Source of the DNA: Actinomycetales bacterium
GTDB lineage: Bacteria; Actinomycetota; Actinomycetes; Actinomycetales; CAVURS01
Assembly (NCBI GenBank): GCA_045807245.1
Contig: JBJMHS010000009.1
Location: 1-55,381 of the forward strand
Reading direction: 5' to 3'
Length of the DNA: 55,381 nucleotides
Shown here in pieces: positions 29,093 to 37,346 of this stretch. Both the position numbers and the translations under genes were made by a program. Each line of letters opens with the position of its first letter. Position 1 is the stretch's first letter. Below the pieces are notes generated by a model that searched no databases, was not told the origin of the DNA, and saw only the letters and a program-made list of their open reading frames with translations.

Positions 29093-30226
29093 ATGGCCCC
29101 TTCGACCGCCCGCGTGTACGCCGCCGACCTCGCCCCGTCGCCGCCTCCCGCGGCTGATGGAGCCCTGCTGCTCACCCGTGACCCAGCCCTCGTCGAGGCG
29201 GTGCGCCCGCTCGCCGACGCGACCGGCTCGACCCTCGACGTCTGTGCGGGCCGTCCGAGCCGCGACTCGTGGGTCAGGTCTCCCGTGGTCCTGGTCGGTG
29301 CCGACGTGGCCGAGGAGCTCGGCGGGTTGCTGCCGCGCCGGGCCGGAGTGCTGTTGGTCGGTCTCCAGACCGGGCCCGCCGCCGCCGGCCGCACCGACGA
29401 CAGCGCGTATGAGCGTGCTCTCGCGGTCGGTGCCGAGCGGGTGGCGATGCCGCCGCCGGACCAGGAGTGGGTGGTGCAGGCCCTGGCCGACTCCGTGGCG
29501 GCCGGTGAGCGCTGTGGTGTCGTCGCTGTCGTCGGTGGTTGCGGTGGTGCAGGGGCATCCCTGCTGGCCGCCGCGGTGTCGGTCGTGGCCGCCCGGCAGG
29601 ACCGCCGAGTCCTGCTGGCCGACCTGGATCCGCTCGGTGGCGGCGCCGACCTCCTGCTCGGCGCCGAGGACGTCCCGGGGCTGCGGTGGCCCGAGCTCGG
29701 CCGCGCCCGCGGGCGGGTCAGCGCGGGGATGCTGCGCGAGGCCTTGCCGAGGGTCGGCGAGCTGTCCGTGCTGTCCTGGGACCGCGGGGAGCCGGTGGTG
29801 GTGCCGGCGGAAGCCTCGGCCGCGGTCGCCGCCGGCGCGGTCCGCGGGTTCGAGCTGGTCGTGGCCGACCTGCCGCGCGCGCCGGACCCGGCGGCCCGGG
29901 GCTGGCTGCGCCTGGTCGACCTGGCCCTGCTCGTCGTTCCGGCCACCGTGCGCGCGCTCGCGGCAGCCGGTCGCGTCGTTGCCACGCTCGACGCTGCGGT
30001 ACCGGACATCCGGCTCGTCGTCCGTGGCCCGGTGACGGCGGCGCTGCCGTCCGAGGTGATCGCCGACGCGCTCGGGCTGCCCCTGTTCGCGCAGCTGCGT
30101 CCGGAGCCGGGCCTGCCCGGCCTGCTCGACCGCGCCGAGCCGCCCGGGCAGCGACCGCGCAGCCCTCTCGGTCGGTGCGCCGCGCGCGTGCTCGATGCGG
30201 TCGACCGGCTCGGGCAGGCAGCGTGA
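29093..30226 (+). CDS. ssd: Septum site-determining protein Ssd / CpaE-like
   Basis: VVGGCGGAGAS deviant P-loop, DLDPLGGGADLLLG, GLRWPEL, VVADLPR; first gene of the tad cluster. Confidence 0.88.
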   Translation: MAPSTARVYAADLAPSPPPAADGALLLTRDPALVEAVRPLADATGSTLDVCAGRPSRDSWVRSPVVLVGADVAEELGGLLPRRAGVLLVGLQTGPAAAGRTDDSAYERALAVGAERVAMPPPDQEWVVQALADSVAAGERCGVVAVVGGCGGAGASLLAAAVSVVAARQDRRVLLADLDPLGGGADLLLGAEDVPGLRWPELGRARGRVSAGMLREALPRVGELSVLSWDRGEPVVVPAEASAAVAAGAVRGFELVVADLPRAPDPAARGWLRLVDLALLVVPATVRALAAAGRVVATLDAAVPDIRLVVRGPVTAALPSEVIADALGLPLFAQLRPEPGLPGLLDRAEPPGQRPRSPLGRCAARVLDAVDRLGQAA

Positions 30227-31407
30227 GCAGCGGAGCCGATCCGGAGCTCGTGCGGCGGATCCGCACGGCCCTGGCCGAGGAGGCCGGGGTGCCGTCCGTG
30301 GACCGCGTGGCCGCCGCCGCGCGAGCAACGGGTGCGGTCCTGGGTGACCTCGGCCTGTTGGAGATGGTGGACGCGGTGCGCGCGGACCTGACCGGCGCCG
30401 GGCCGCTGGAGGAGCTGCTGGCCGATCCGGACGTGACCGACCTCGTGGTCAACGGGGCCACAGGCGTCTGGGTCGACCGGGGCAGCGGCCTCGAGCGCCG
30501 GCACGTGGACGTCGGGACGGCCGACGACGTGCGCCGGCTCGCGGTTCGCCTGGCCGCGACCGCGGGGCGCCGGCTCGACGATGCCAGCCCATGGGTCGAC
30601 GCCCGGCTGCCCGACGGCACGCGGCTGCACGCCGTGCTGCCTCCGGTGGTCCATGGTGGGCCTCACCTGAGCCTGCGGTTGCCGCGGCGGGTGGCCCTGT
30701 CCTTCGCCGACCTGGTGCGAGCCGGGACCGTGCCCGAGCACTGGGAGCCGGTGGTCGCCGCCGTCATCGCCGCCAAAGCCGCCTTCCTCGTGACGGGTGG
30801 CACCGGGACGGGCAAGACCACGTTGCTGGCCGCCCTGCTCGCCCTGGTGCCGCCGCTCGAGCGACTGGTCGTGGTCGAGGACGCCGCCGAGCTCTGGGTG
30901 GACCACCCGCACGTCGTCCGGCTGGAGGGGCGCCCGGCGAACATCGAGGGTGCCGGGCAGGTGTCCATGACGGACCTGGTCCGGCAGGCCTTGCGCATGC
31001 GGCCGGACCGCCTGGTGGTCGGGGAGGTCCGCGGAGCGGAGGTGCGCGAGCTGCTCGCCGCGCTCAACACCGGCCATGAGGGTGGCTGCGGCACCGTTCA
31101 TGCCAACGCATCGACTGACCTGCCGCCTCGGCTCGAAGCCCTCGGCGCCTTGGCGGGCCTGGACCGCGCAGCCGTGCAGGCGCAGGCGGCCGCCGCGGTC
31201 GAGGTGGTCGTGCACATGCGGCGGCTCGGCTCGGCCCGGCACATCGCGGAGATTGCGGTCGTCCGCCGGCACGGCGCCGAGCTCGAGGTCGTCCCCGCTC
31301 TGGCCCGACCCCACGGCGACGCGCGCCCGCCGGTCGTCGGGCCGGGCTGGTCGCAGCTGGCTCAGCGGCTCCGGCTCGCTGTCGATGCGGTTCCCGGAGG
31401 CGGCTGA
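30223..31407 (+). CDS. tadA: TadA/CpaF pilus assembly ATPase
   Basis: GGTGTGKTT, VVEDAAEL, ALRMRPDRLVVGEVRG, LNTGHEG..TVHAN. Confidence 0.93.
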   Translation: MSSGADPELVRRIRTALAEEAGVPSVDRVAAAARATGAVLGDLGLLEMVDAVRADLTGAGPLEELLADPDVTDLVVNGATGVWVDRGSGLERRHVDVGTADDVRRLAVRLAATAGRRLDDASPWVDARLPDGTRLHAVLPPVVHGGPHLSLRLPRRVALSFADLVRAGTVPEHWEPVVAAVIAAKAAFLVTGGTGTGKTTLLAALLALVPPLERLVVVEDAAELWVDHPHVVRLEGRPANIEGAGQVSMTDLVRQALRMRPDRLVVGEVRGAEVRELLAALNTGHEGGCGTVHANASTDLPPRLEALGALAGLDRAAVQAQAAAAVEVVVHMRRLGSARHIAEIAVVRRHGAELEVVPALARPHGDARPPVVGPGWSQLAQRLRLAVDAVPGGG

Positions 31408-31408
31408 C

Positions 31409-32155
31409 ATGACGTGGGGTACGACGACCGCAGTGGGTGTGTTGGCAGCACTCGCAGTCTTGGTGTGGCCCATCCCTGGTGACGGGGTGGCTCGGCTCGC
31501 TCGCCCGGCGGGTGCGGAAGGGCGGCGGCGATGGGTGCTCTCGCGCCTCCTGGGTGCCGGCGGGCCGCGGCGTCGCCTGACCAGGGACCGCTCGAGAGAC
31601 GCTGCGTCAGGTAGCCGGGAGCTGGTCACCCTGCTGGAGGGTCTGGCCGGCGCGCTGAGGGCGGGCCTGACGCCGGCCCGGGCCCTCGCTGTGACCCGCT
31701 CCGCGATCGCCGACGGCCCGGGCCCGCTCCGGGCCCTGGTCGACCGACTCGCAGCCGCATCGGCCGCGGGAGGTCCGCTCGCGCCGGTCTGGCGGGGGGC
31801 AGCCGAGCGGCTGGACAGTCCCGCGCTGCACGCCGTCGCCGAGGCCTGGGGCCTGACCGAACGGCATGGCGCGCCGGTCGTGGACGTGCTCGACACACTC
31901 GTCGCGGCGTTGCGCGACCAGGCTCGCACCGAGGCCGCCGTGGTGACTGCGCTCGCGGCACCGCGAGCAACTGCCGCCCTGCTCGGGGCGCTGCCACTGG
32001 GAGGTGTCGTCATCGGCGAGCTGGTCGGAGTCCATCCCGTGTCCGTTCTGCTCGGCACGCCGGCCGGCCGGGTGGCCGGAGCCATGGGGCTGGTGGCCAG
32101 TCTGGGCGGCCGGCTGTGGATGCGGCGTCTGGTGGCGTCCGTGCTGCGGGCATGA
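31409..32155 (+). CDS. tadB: TadB-like (T2SS F family) membrane protein
   Basis: LAGALRAGLTP, ERHGAPV, APRATAALLGALP, GRLWMRRL. Confidence 0.82.
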   Translation: MTWGTTTAVGVLAALAVLVWPIPGDGVARLARPAGAEGRRRWVLSRLLGAGGPRRRLTRDRSRDAASGSRELVTLLEGLAGALRAGLTPARALAVTRSAIADGPGPLRALVDRLAAASAAGGPLAPVWRGAAERLDSPALHAVAEAWGLTERHGAPVVDVLDTLVAALRDQARTEAAVVTALAAPRATAALLGALPLGGVVIGELVGVHPVSVLLGTPAGRVAGAMGLVASLGGRLWMRRLVASVLRA

Positions 32156-32769
32156 CCTCCTCCGCCGCGACCACGCTCGTCGTCGGGATGCTCTGCGCCG
32201 CAGCGGTAATGGTGTGGCCCGGGAGGTCGCCGGTCGAGGCCCGGATCCGGAGGCTGTCTCGCCTCCGGGCGACGACGGCCTCAGCCGGGTGGGGCGCGCC
32301 CGGGGTGCCCGGTGTCTCCGATGCGCGGGCCGCGGTCCCTCCTGCCTTGCCGGCCGATGTGGTGATGGAGCTGGTGGCCTGCGGGCTACGGACCGGCCTG
32401 GCGGTCGGCGACGCACTGGCCGCCGCGACGCCGGGAGCGCGGTCCGAGTACCTGGATGCGGTGGTCGGTCGGGTCCGGCTCGGCGTACCGATGGAGCAGG
32501 CCTGGGCCCGGCCGCCGCCCGAGTACGAGGGTCTGGCCCGGGCGATGGTGCTCGCCGCGATGTCCGGTGCCCCGGCCGCCGGAGTCGTCGCGCGCGCGGC
32601 TGCCGACGTCCGAGCCGCGCGGCGCGAACGGGCCGAGCTGGCAGCCGCCCGGCTAGGTGTGCGGTTGGTCCTGCCTCTCGGGCTGGCTGTGCTGCCCGGC
32701 TTCGTGCTGCTCGCCGTCGTACCGATCGTGCTGGGCCTGGCTGGCTCGGTTCTGGACGCCGGCTCGTGA
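32152..32769 (+). CDS. tadC: TadC-like (T2SS F family) membrane protein
   Basis: ELVACGLRTGL, SGAPAA, AARLGVRLVLPLGLAVLPGFVLLAVVP. Confidence 0.82.
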   Translation: MTSSAATTLVVGMLCAAAVMVWPGRSPVEARIRRLSRLRATTASAGWGAPGVPGVSDARAAVPPALPADVVMELVACGLRTGLAVGDALAAATPGARSEYLDAVVGRVRLGVPMEQAWARPPPEYEGLARAMVLAAMSGAPAAGVVARAAADVRAARRERAELAAARLGVRLVLPLGLAVLPGFVLLAVVPIVLGLAGSVLDAGS

Positions 32770-32780
32770 GTCGGTGACCC

Positions 32781-33872
32781 CTATCGACTCTCGTGGCAGG
32801 GGTCGAGGGTCTTGTGCTGCAGCGCCTGGTCTAGTGCGAGCCAGGCGTCGCCGTAGTACGTCGGTGCCGCCCGCACCTGAGCGGAGGCGCGCTGCCTCAA
32901 GGCACTGCTGCGGTTGCGGTCTCCGGCCGCATCGGCAGCCGCGGCGGCCGCGAGCAGCGGCACCGGATTCGTGGAACTGTCTATCGGGTCACCGTTCAGT
33001 CCCAAGGCCATGGCGGCGGCGCGGTCCTGCTGGGAGAGAACGTTGCGCCACCACGCCGCCGCGAGAGTGCGCGCGGGGGTGTCACATGAGCTGGCCAGCC
33101 ACAGCGGAAGCCGAGCCGCATCGAGCCCGTAGCGCACGCCAGCCGAGCCGTCCGGTGCGGCAACGGGTGTCAGGCGGCCGGCCTGCAGCTGAGCCCAGTC
33201 CGGCGGCAAAGTGCGCCCACCGTCCGTCACCTGTGCGAGCAGCGCCTCGGTGGTCGTGGCCAGCTCGCGCCAGGCCTCGCTCCCGGTGAGCCTGGCCAAG
33301 GCTGTGAAGACCCCTGGCATCCAGTACGACGGGTTGACCGTCGCGGGCGGGCCGGTGGCCCAGGTGCCGGCGATGAGCACGGGCGCTCCGCCGGAGTCGA
33401 CGGTCTCGGCGTGCAGCACCGCGCGGGCCAGTCCAGCCCCGTCGGCGTGCAGCTCGGACTGGCCGGAACCGCGATAGCGCAGCAGCGCGTACGCCGCCAA
33501 CGTGTCCGCATCCGACGCGGGGCTGTCGTCCAGCACCGCGCCGGTGCCCGAGGCGTGGAAGGCCAGCAGTCCATCCGCTCGGCGCAGGTGCGCCTTCGTC
33601 CACTGCCAAATCGTGCGCGCCTGCTCCGGTCGGTCCGCGGACTCGGCGATCAGCATCGCGTAGGCCTGGCCTTCGCTGACGATGTCGCCACCTTGGTCGT
33701 GCCGGAGCACCCGCCCGTCCGACGTGACGTACCGGGACAGGAATGCCGCCGCCGCCTCGCCGCCGGGCGCTTTGGCCGGCCCGGCCGGACGCGACGCTGA
33801 GCCACCGCAGGCGGTGACCGCGACGGTCACGCTCACGGCGGCGGCCACGCCGACCAGGCACCGACCCAGCAC
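32781..33872 (-). CDS. Glycoside hydrolase family 8 lipoprotein (BcsZ-like endoglucanase)
   Basis: SEGQAYAM, ASDAD, NPSY, LPPDW, DAARLPLW, YYGDAW; lipobox VTAC. Confidence 0.85.
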   Translation of the reverse strand: MLGRCLVGVAAAVSVTVAVTACGGSASRPAGPAKAPGGEAAAAFLSRYVTSDGRVLRHDQGGDIVSEGQAYAMLIAESADRPEQARTIWQWTKAHLRRADGLLAFHASGTGAVLDDSPASDADTLAAYALLRYRGSGQSELHADGAGLARAVLHAETVDSGGAPVLIAGTWATGPPATVNPSYWMPGVFTALARLTGSEAWRELATTTEALLAQVTDGGRTLPPDWAQLQAGRLTPVAAPDGSAGVRYGLDAARLPLWLASSCDTPARTLAAAWWRNVLSQQDRAAAMALGLNGDPIDSSTNPVPLLAAAAAADAAGDRNRSSALRQRASAQVRAAPTYYGDAWLALDQALQHKTLDPCHESR

Positions 33873-33873
33873 G

Positions 33874-36162
33874 TCACGGTCCTGACGTCGTCGGGCTGCT
33901 CAGCGGTGCCGGTGAGGAGCTGGCGGCGGACGGGCCTGACGTCGGTGCGACGGGGGTCGACGTCGAGGAGCTGGACGTCGAGGAGCTGGACGACGAGGAG
34001 CTGGACGAGGAGGAGCTGGACGACGATGACCTGGACGAGCTGGACGACGACGACGTGGACGAGCCGGACGAGGTCGGGCTCACGCTCGACCCGCTTGAGC
34101 CGCTCGGCGAGGAGCTGGGCGTCGGCGACGTGCCCTTCGAGGGACCCGCCTGGTGTCCCTGCGCCGGGGGGATCGGGTTGGGCGACCTGAGCTGGGCACC
34201 GCCCGGCACGAGCAGCGCAACGGCCAGGGCGACGGCGCTCGCCGCGGTCACCAGCCCGCCGACGGCAAACGACACCCGGCGCACGCCGTACCGGCGGTAC
34301 TCGCTGCGCCGCCGCCGCCGGAGGTCGGCTGGGAGCGCCGCCCGCTGGGCGCTGAGGCTGTTGAGCGGCGCGCTGGCGAAGGCGAAGGTCGGCCAGACCA
34401 GCAAGAGAGCCGTGAGCAGTCCGCCGGAGTCGCGCACGTGGGTCAACGCCCCGACCATGCCGGCCAGCCCGAGGACGGCGAGCATCGTCTCGCCCGGGTT
34501 GCCGCGGACGGCATCCCACCAGTGGCCTTCCTCCGCGGTCTTCGGCGTGCGCAGGAACTCCGCCTCCTTGGCGAACAGCCCCTGCAGAGACGCGCGGGCC
34601 ACGACCAACGCGGTCGACTGCCAGATCATGAAGGCGCCCAGCGCATCCCGCCACGAGGCTCCGGTGCCTCGGCGCAGCAGGGCGACGGCGCGGATCAGCC
34701 CCAGGAGCACCAGCATGGGGATGGCTGCGAGCAGGAAGCCACTGAGCTTGCGGAAGAGCAGGCCGCCGCCGAGAGCGACGTTCGCCGCGCCCACGAGCAG
34801 GAAGCCGAAGAACAACAGCGCGAGCAGGTCGCCGTACCACTGCAAGGCACCGGAGAGGTACGCCCATCGCTGACCGAAGGTGAGCCGGTTCGACGACGAC
34901 CGCGGTCCCGGCAGCAGCGAGCGCCAGTTGCGCCGCAGGATCTGGATGCCCCCGAAGCACCAACGGAACCGCTGTCCTTTGAGCGCCTCGAAGGTGAGTG
35001 GCATGACGCCCTTGCCGAACGACCGGTCGACGTGCAGACCCGACCATCCGCTGCGCAGAAGCCGCAGTGACAGCTCGGCATCCTCGGTGATGCACCACTC
35101 GTCCCAGCCGCCGACGGTCACGAGGGCCTTTCGCCGGATAAGACCCATGGTGCCGGCGAAGATCGCGCCGTCGCGCTCGTTGCGGGAGGGCTGGGAGACG
35201 GCGAAGAAGTAGCGGTACGAGTAGTACAGCCTCCGATAGAACGGCGCCTGCTCCCAGTCCCGGTAGTCCTGCGGCGCCTGGATGAAGCCGACGTCGGGGT
35301 CGTCGAACAAGGGGGCGCAGAGGCGCAGGAACTGAGGGTCCAGCTGGTAGTCGGCGTCGATGACACCGATCAGCTCGGTGCGCGGGTCGACCAGGTCACT
35401 CAACGCGAAGTTGAGCGCGCCGGACTTGTACCCGGGCCAGTTCTCGAGATGGGCGAACGTGACGCCGTGCTCCTGACACCACGCCTCCACCGGTCGCCAC
35501 AGCGCCTCGTCATCGGTGTTGTCGTCGATCGCGATGATCTGGTACGCCGGGTAGTCCAGTGCTTTCAGCGACTCGAGGGTTGCGATCACCATGTCCGGCG
35601 GCTCGTTGTACGCCGGAACCTGCAGGCTCACGAACGGCAGCGACCCGTGGGGGACCGGGTCGACGACCCCGGCCCGGATGCGCCGCATCCATGGTTCCCG
35701 CCCGAGCGCGTCACAGAGCTCCCACAGGTACGCGCAACCGAGGAACGCTGCGGCCAGCTCCAGGGCCCACAGGAGCAGACCGCCGGCCACCCCGCTGGCC
35801 CCGAGCCCACTGGTGAACGTCCACCACAGCATGAACGCGAGATAGGCCGCGAAGAGGTACGTCGTCGCTGACCAGCAGAGGTGGGCGCGGGCGCTCCAGG
35901 CCCGCGTGGCCGGCAGCCAGGCGACACTGACGGCGGACAGCCCCAGCACCCCCGCCTCGACGTTGCGTGTGGTCACGCCCAAGGCGAGGAGTGCGGCCGC
36001 CGAGAGCGCACCGAGCAGCGCCGTGGCGACGAGCGCGAGCACGAATCGACGGGCCGTGGGCCAGGCGCCGCGTACCCGTCCGGCCAGGGGCGGCTCGACG
36101 AACAGCAGCAGGGTGGCGACGGGTGCAGCGACGAGCCCGGTCAGGAGCAGCGCGGAAAACAT
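33874..36162 (-). CDS. Processive GT2 glycosyltransferase (cellulose-synthase/NdvB-like) with a Ser-rich C-terminal tail
   Basis: VPAYNEPP, IDD, KSGALN, IDADY, QAPQDYRD, TEDAE, QRFRW (D,D,D,QxxRW); multiple TMs on both sides; GAGG before ATG 36162. Confidence 0.9.
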   Translation of the reverse strand: MFSALLLTGLVAAPVATLLLFVEPPLAGRVRGAWPTARRFVLALVATALLGALSAAALLALGVTTRNVEAGVLGLSAVSVAWLPATRAWSARAHLCWSATTYLFAAYLAFMLWWTFTSGLGASGVAGGLLLWALELAAAFLGCAYLWELCDALGREPWMRRIRAGVVDPVPHGSLPFVSLQVPAYNEPPDMVIATLESLKALDYPAYQIIAIDDNTDDEALWRPVEAWCQEHGVTFAHLENWPGYKSGALNFALSDLVDPRTELIGVIDADYQLDPQFLRLCAPLFDDPDVGFIQAPQDYRDWEQAPFYRRLYYSYRYFFAVSQPSRNERDGAIFAGTMGLIRRKALVTVGGWDEWCITEDAELSLRLLRSGWSGLHVDRSFGKGVMPLTFEALKGQRFRWCFGGIQILRRNWRSLLPGPRSSSNRLTFGQRWAYLSGALQWYGDLLALLFFGFLLVGAANVALGGGLLFRKLSGFLLAAIPMLVLLGLIRAVALLRRGTGASWRDALGAFMIWQSTALVVARASLQGLFAKEAEFLRTPKTAEEGHWWDAVRGNPGETMLAVLGLAGMVGALTHVRDSGGLLTALLLVWPTFAFASAPLNSLSAQRAALPADLRRRRRSEYRRYGVRRVSFAVGGLVTAASAVALAVALLVPGGAQLRSPNPIPPAQGHQAGPSKGTSPTPSSSPSGSSGSSVSPTSSGSSTSSSSSSSRSSSSSSSSSSSSSSSSSTSSSSTSTPVAPTSGPSAASSSPAPLSSPTTSGP
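33915..34125 (-). repeat. Low-complexity Ser-rich coding repeats (GAGGAGCTGGACGAC-like units)
   Basis: Encodes a long poly-Ser/Thr/Pro tail at the GT2 C-terminus. Confidence 0.8.
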
Positions 36163-36238
36163 GGGGTCCTCAGAACGGGTACGGCGGTCCCTCCCATCAA
36201 AAGGGGATCGGGACCGGATCGCGCGTCCAGAGGTGGCT

Positions 36239-36276
36239 TTGTCCACAGCTCTGGCCCTTTGCCTCGCCGTCCACAG
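36239..36276 (+). promoter_or_regulatory. GTCCACAG direct-repeat pair upstream of flp (first copy is a perfect TTGTCCACA box)
   Basis: GTCCACAG at 36241 and 36269 (28-bp period). Confidence 0.6.
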
Positions 36277-36360
36277 CACCCCCTCGGGCCGGGCCCCCGT
36301 TGTCATCGCTCCGGATGAATGTGACGTATCGGCCATTGGCCCCAGACACCGGAGGTAGGC

Positions 36361-36567
36361 ATGAACGATGCACCCTGGACCACTCGACGCAGCGGCGACT
36401 CCTGTCCAGACGTTCGCAACGACTCCGGCATGACGACGGCCGAGTACGCCATCGGCACGCTGGCGGCCTGCGGGTTCGCCGCGCTCCTGGTGACCATCCT
36501 GCGCAGCGGTGAGGTGCAGGGACTGCTGCTCGGCATCGTCCGCCATGCTCTGGCCCTCGGGGGCTGA
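36361..36567 (+). CDS. flp: Flp-type pilin (DUF4244)
   Basis: DSG|MTTAEYAIGTLAACGFAALL prepilin motif with E+5/Y+6; GGAGG RBS. Confidence 0.88.
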   Translation: MNDAPWTTRRSGDSCPDVRNDSGMTTAEYAIGTLAACGFAALLVTILRSGEVQGLLLGIVRHALALGG

Positions 36568-36571
36568 CGCC

Positions 36572-36922
36572 GTGCAGTCGGCGGCAGCGGACAGCGGCAC
36601 AGTGACCGCCGAGCTGGCGGTAGCGCTGCCCGGCGTCGTCTTGCTCTGCGCGGTGCTGCTGTTCGCCGGGCAGGCCGTCATCGGTGAGGTCCGCTGCCAG
36701 GACGCCGCTCGAGCAGGTGCGCGGCTGGCCGCGCGCGGTGACTCGGTGCCTGCGGTTGTCGGCGAGGCGTCCCGGCGGGCGCCGCCGGGTGCCGAGGTGC
36801 GGGTCGTGCGCTCCGGGCCCGACGTCCGGGTCGACGTCACAGCACCACTGCGCGGCGTCGGTGCCGGCTGGGCTGCGCTGACGGTTCACGGCATCGCGAC
36901 GGCGATGGCCGAGGGACCGTGA
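36572..36922 (+). CDS. tadE: TadE family minor pilin
   Basis: DSG|TVTAELAVALP, RCQDAARAGARLAARGD. Confidence 0.85.
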   Translation: MQSAAADSGTVTAELAVALPGVVLLCAVLLFAGQAVIGEVRCQDAARAGARLAARGDSVPAVVGEASRRAPPGAEVRVVRSGPDVRVDVTAPLRGVGAGWAALTVHGIATAMAEGP

Positions 36923-37311
36923 CGCGCGCCCGCCGGTCAGCGGACCGGCCCCGTGCCGGGGGTCCAGAGGACGGGGCGGGGACGGTGCTGGCCCTCGGCC
37001 TCGTCCTCGTGCTGGCCATGCTCATCATCGGGTGTGCGGCCGTGGGCGCTGCCGTCGCCGCTCGTCATCGCGCCGCCACCGCGGCGGACCTGTCGGCGCT
37101 GGCCGCAGCTGACCGCTCGCTGGGCCGGGCCGGCGGGGCGCCGTGCGCTGCCGCCGGGTCGGTCGCGGGTGCCAACGGCGCCGACCTGACCGCATGCGCG
37201 GTCGCGGACGACGGCTCCGTCTCTGTCGCGGTCTCGGTCGGCCTGCCGCGACCATGGCACGGGCTGGGTACGGCGACGGCCCGAGCCCGAGCGGGCCGCC
37301 GACCGCCCTAG
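36919..37311 (+). CDS. Rv3654c-family TadE-like protein
   Basis: DGAGTVLAL, RHRAATAADLSALAAA, two Cys, ARARAG. Confidence 0.85.
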   Translation: MTRARRSADRPRAGGPEDGAGTVLALGLVLVLAMLIIGCAAVGAAVAARHRAATAADLSALAAADRSLGRAGGAPCAAAGSVAGANGADLTACAVADDGSVSVAVSVGLPRPWHGLGTATARARAGRRPP

Positions 37312-37346
37312 CCCACGGCCAGTCCGTCGCGGGAACGGCCGCGTGC

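Noticed and set aside
27839..30328. 829-aa ORF as a long HAD fusion
   Set aside because: Only the last 292 codons are HAD; the extension runs antisense through ssd and the 6C RNA
30223..31407. TadA ATPase as a conjugative element component
   Set aside because: Context is ssd-tadABC-flp-tadE; there is no relaxase, VirB4, coupling protein or integrase
28993..32085. 1030-aa minus-strand ORF
   Set aside because: Antisense to ssd-tadA-tadB, which have clear family motifs; Arg/Ala/Pro-rich shadow translation
33915..34125. Repeats as a possible CRISPR array
   Set aside because: Units are in-frame Ser codon runs with no unique spacers, and there are no cas genes
36239..36247. DnaA box as part of a replication origin
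   Set aside because: Only isolated boxes; no dnaA/dnaN, box cluster or AT-rich unwinding element
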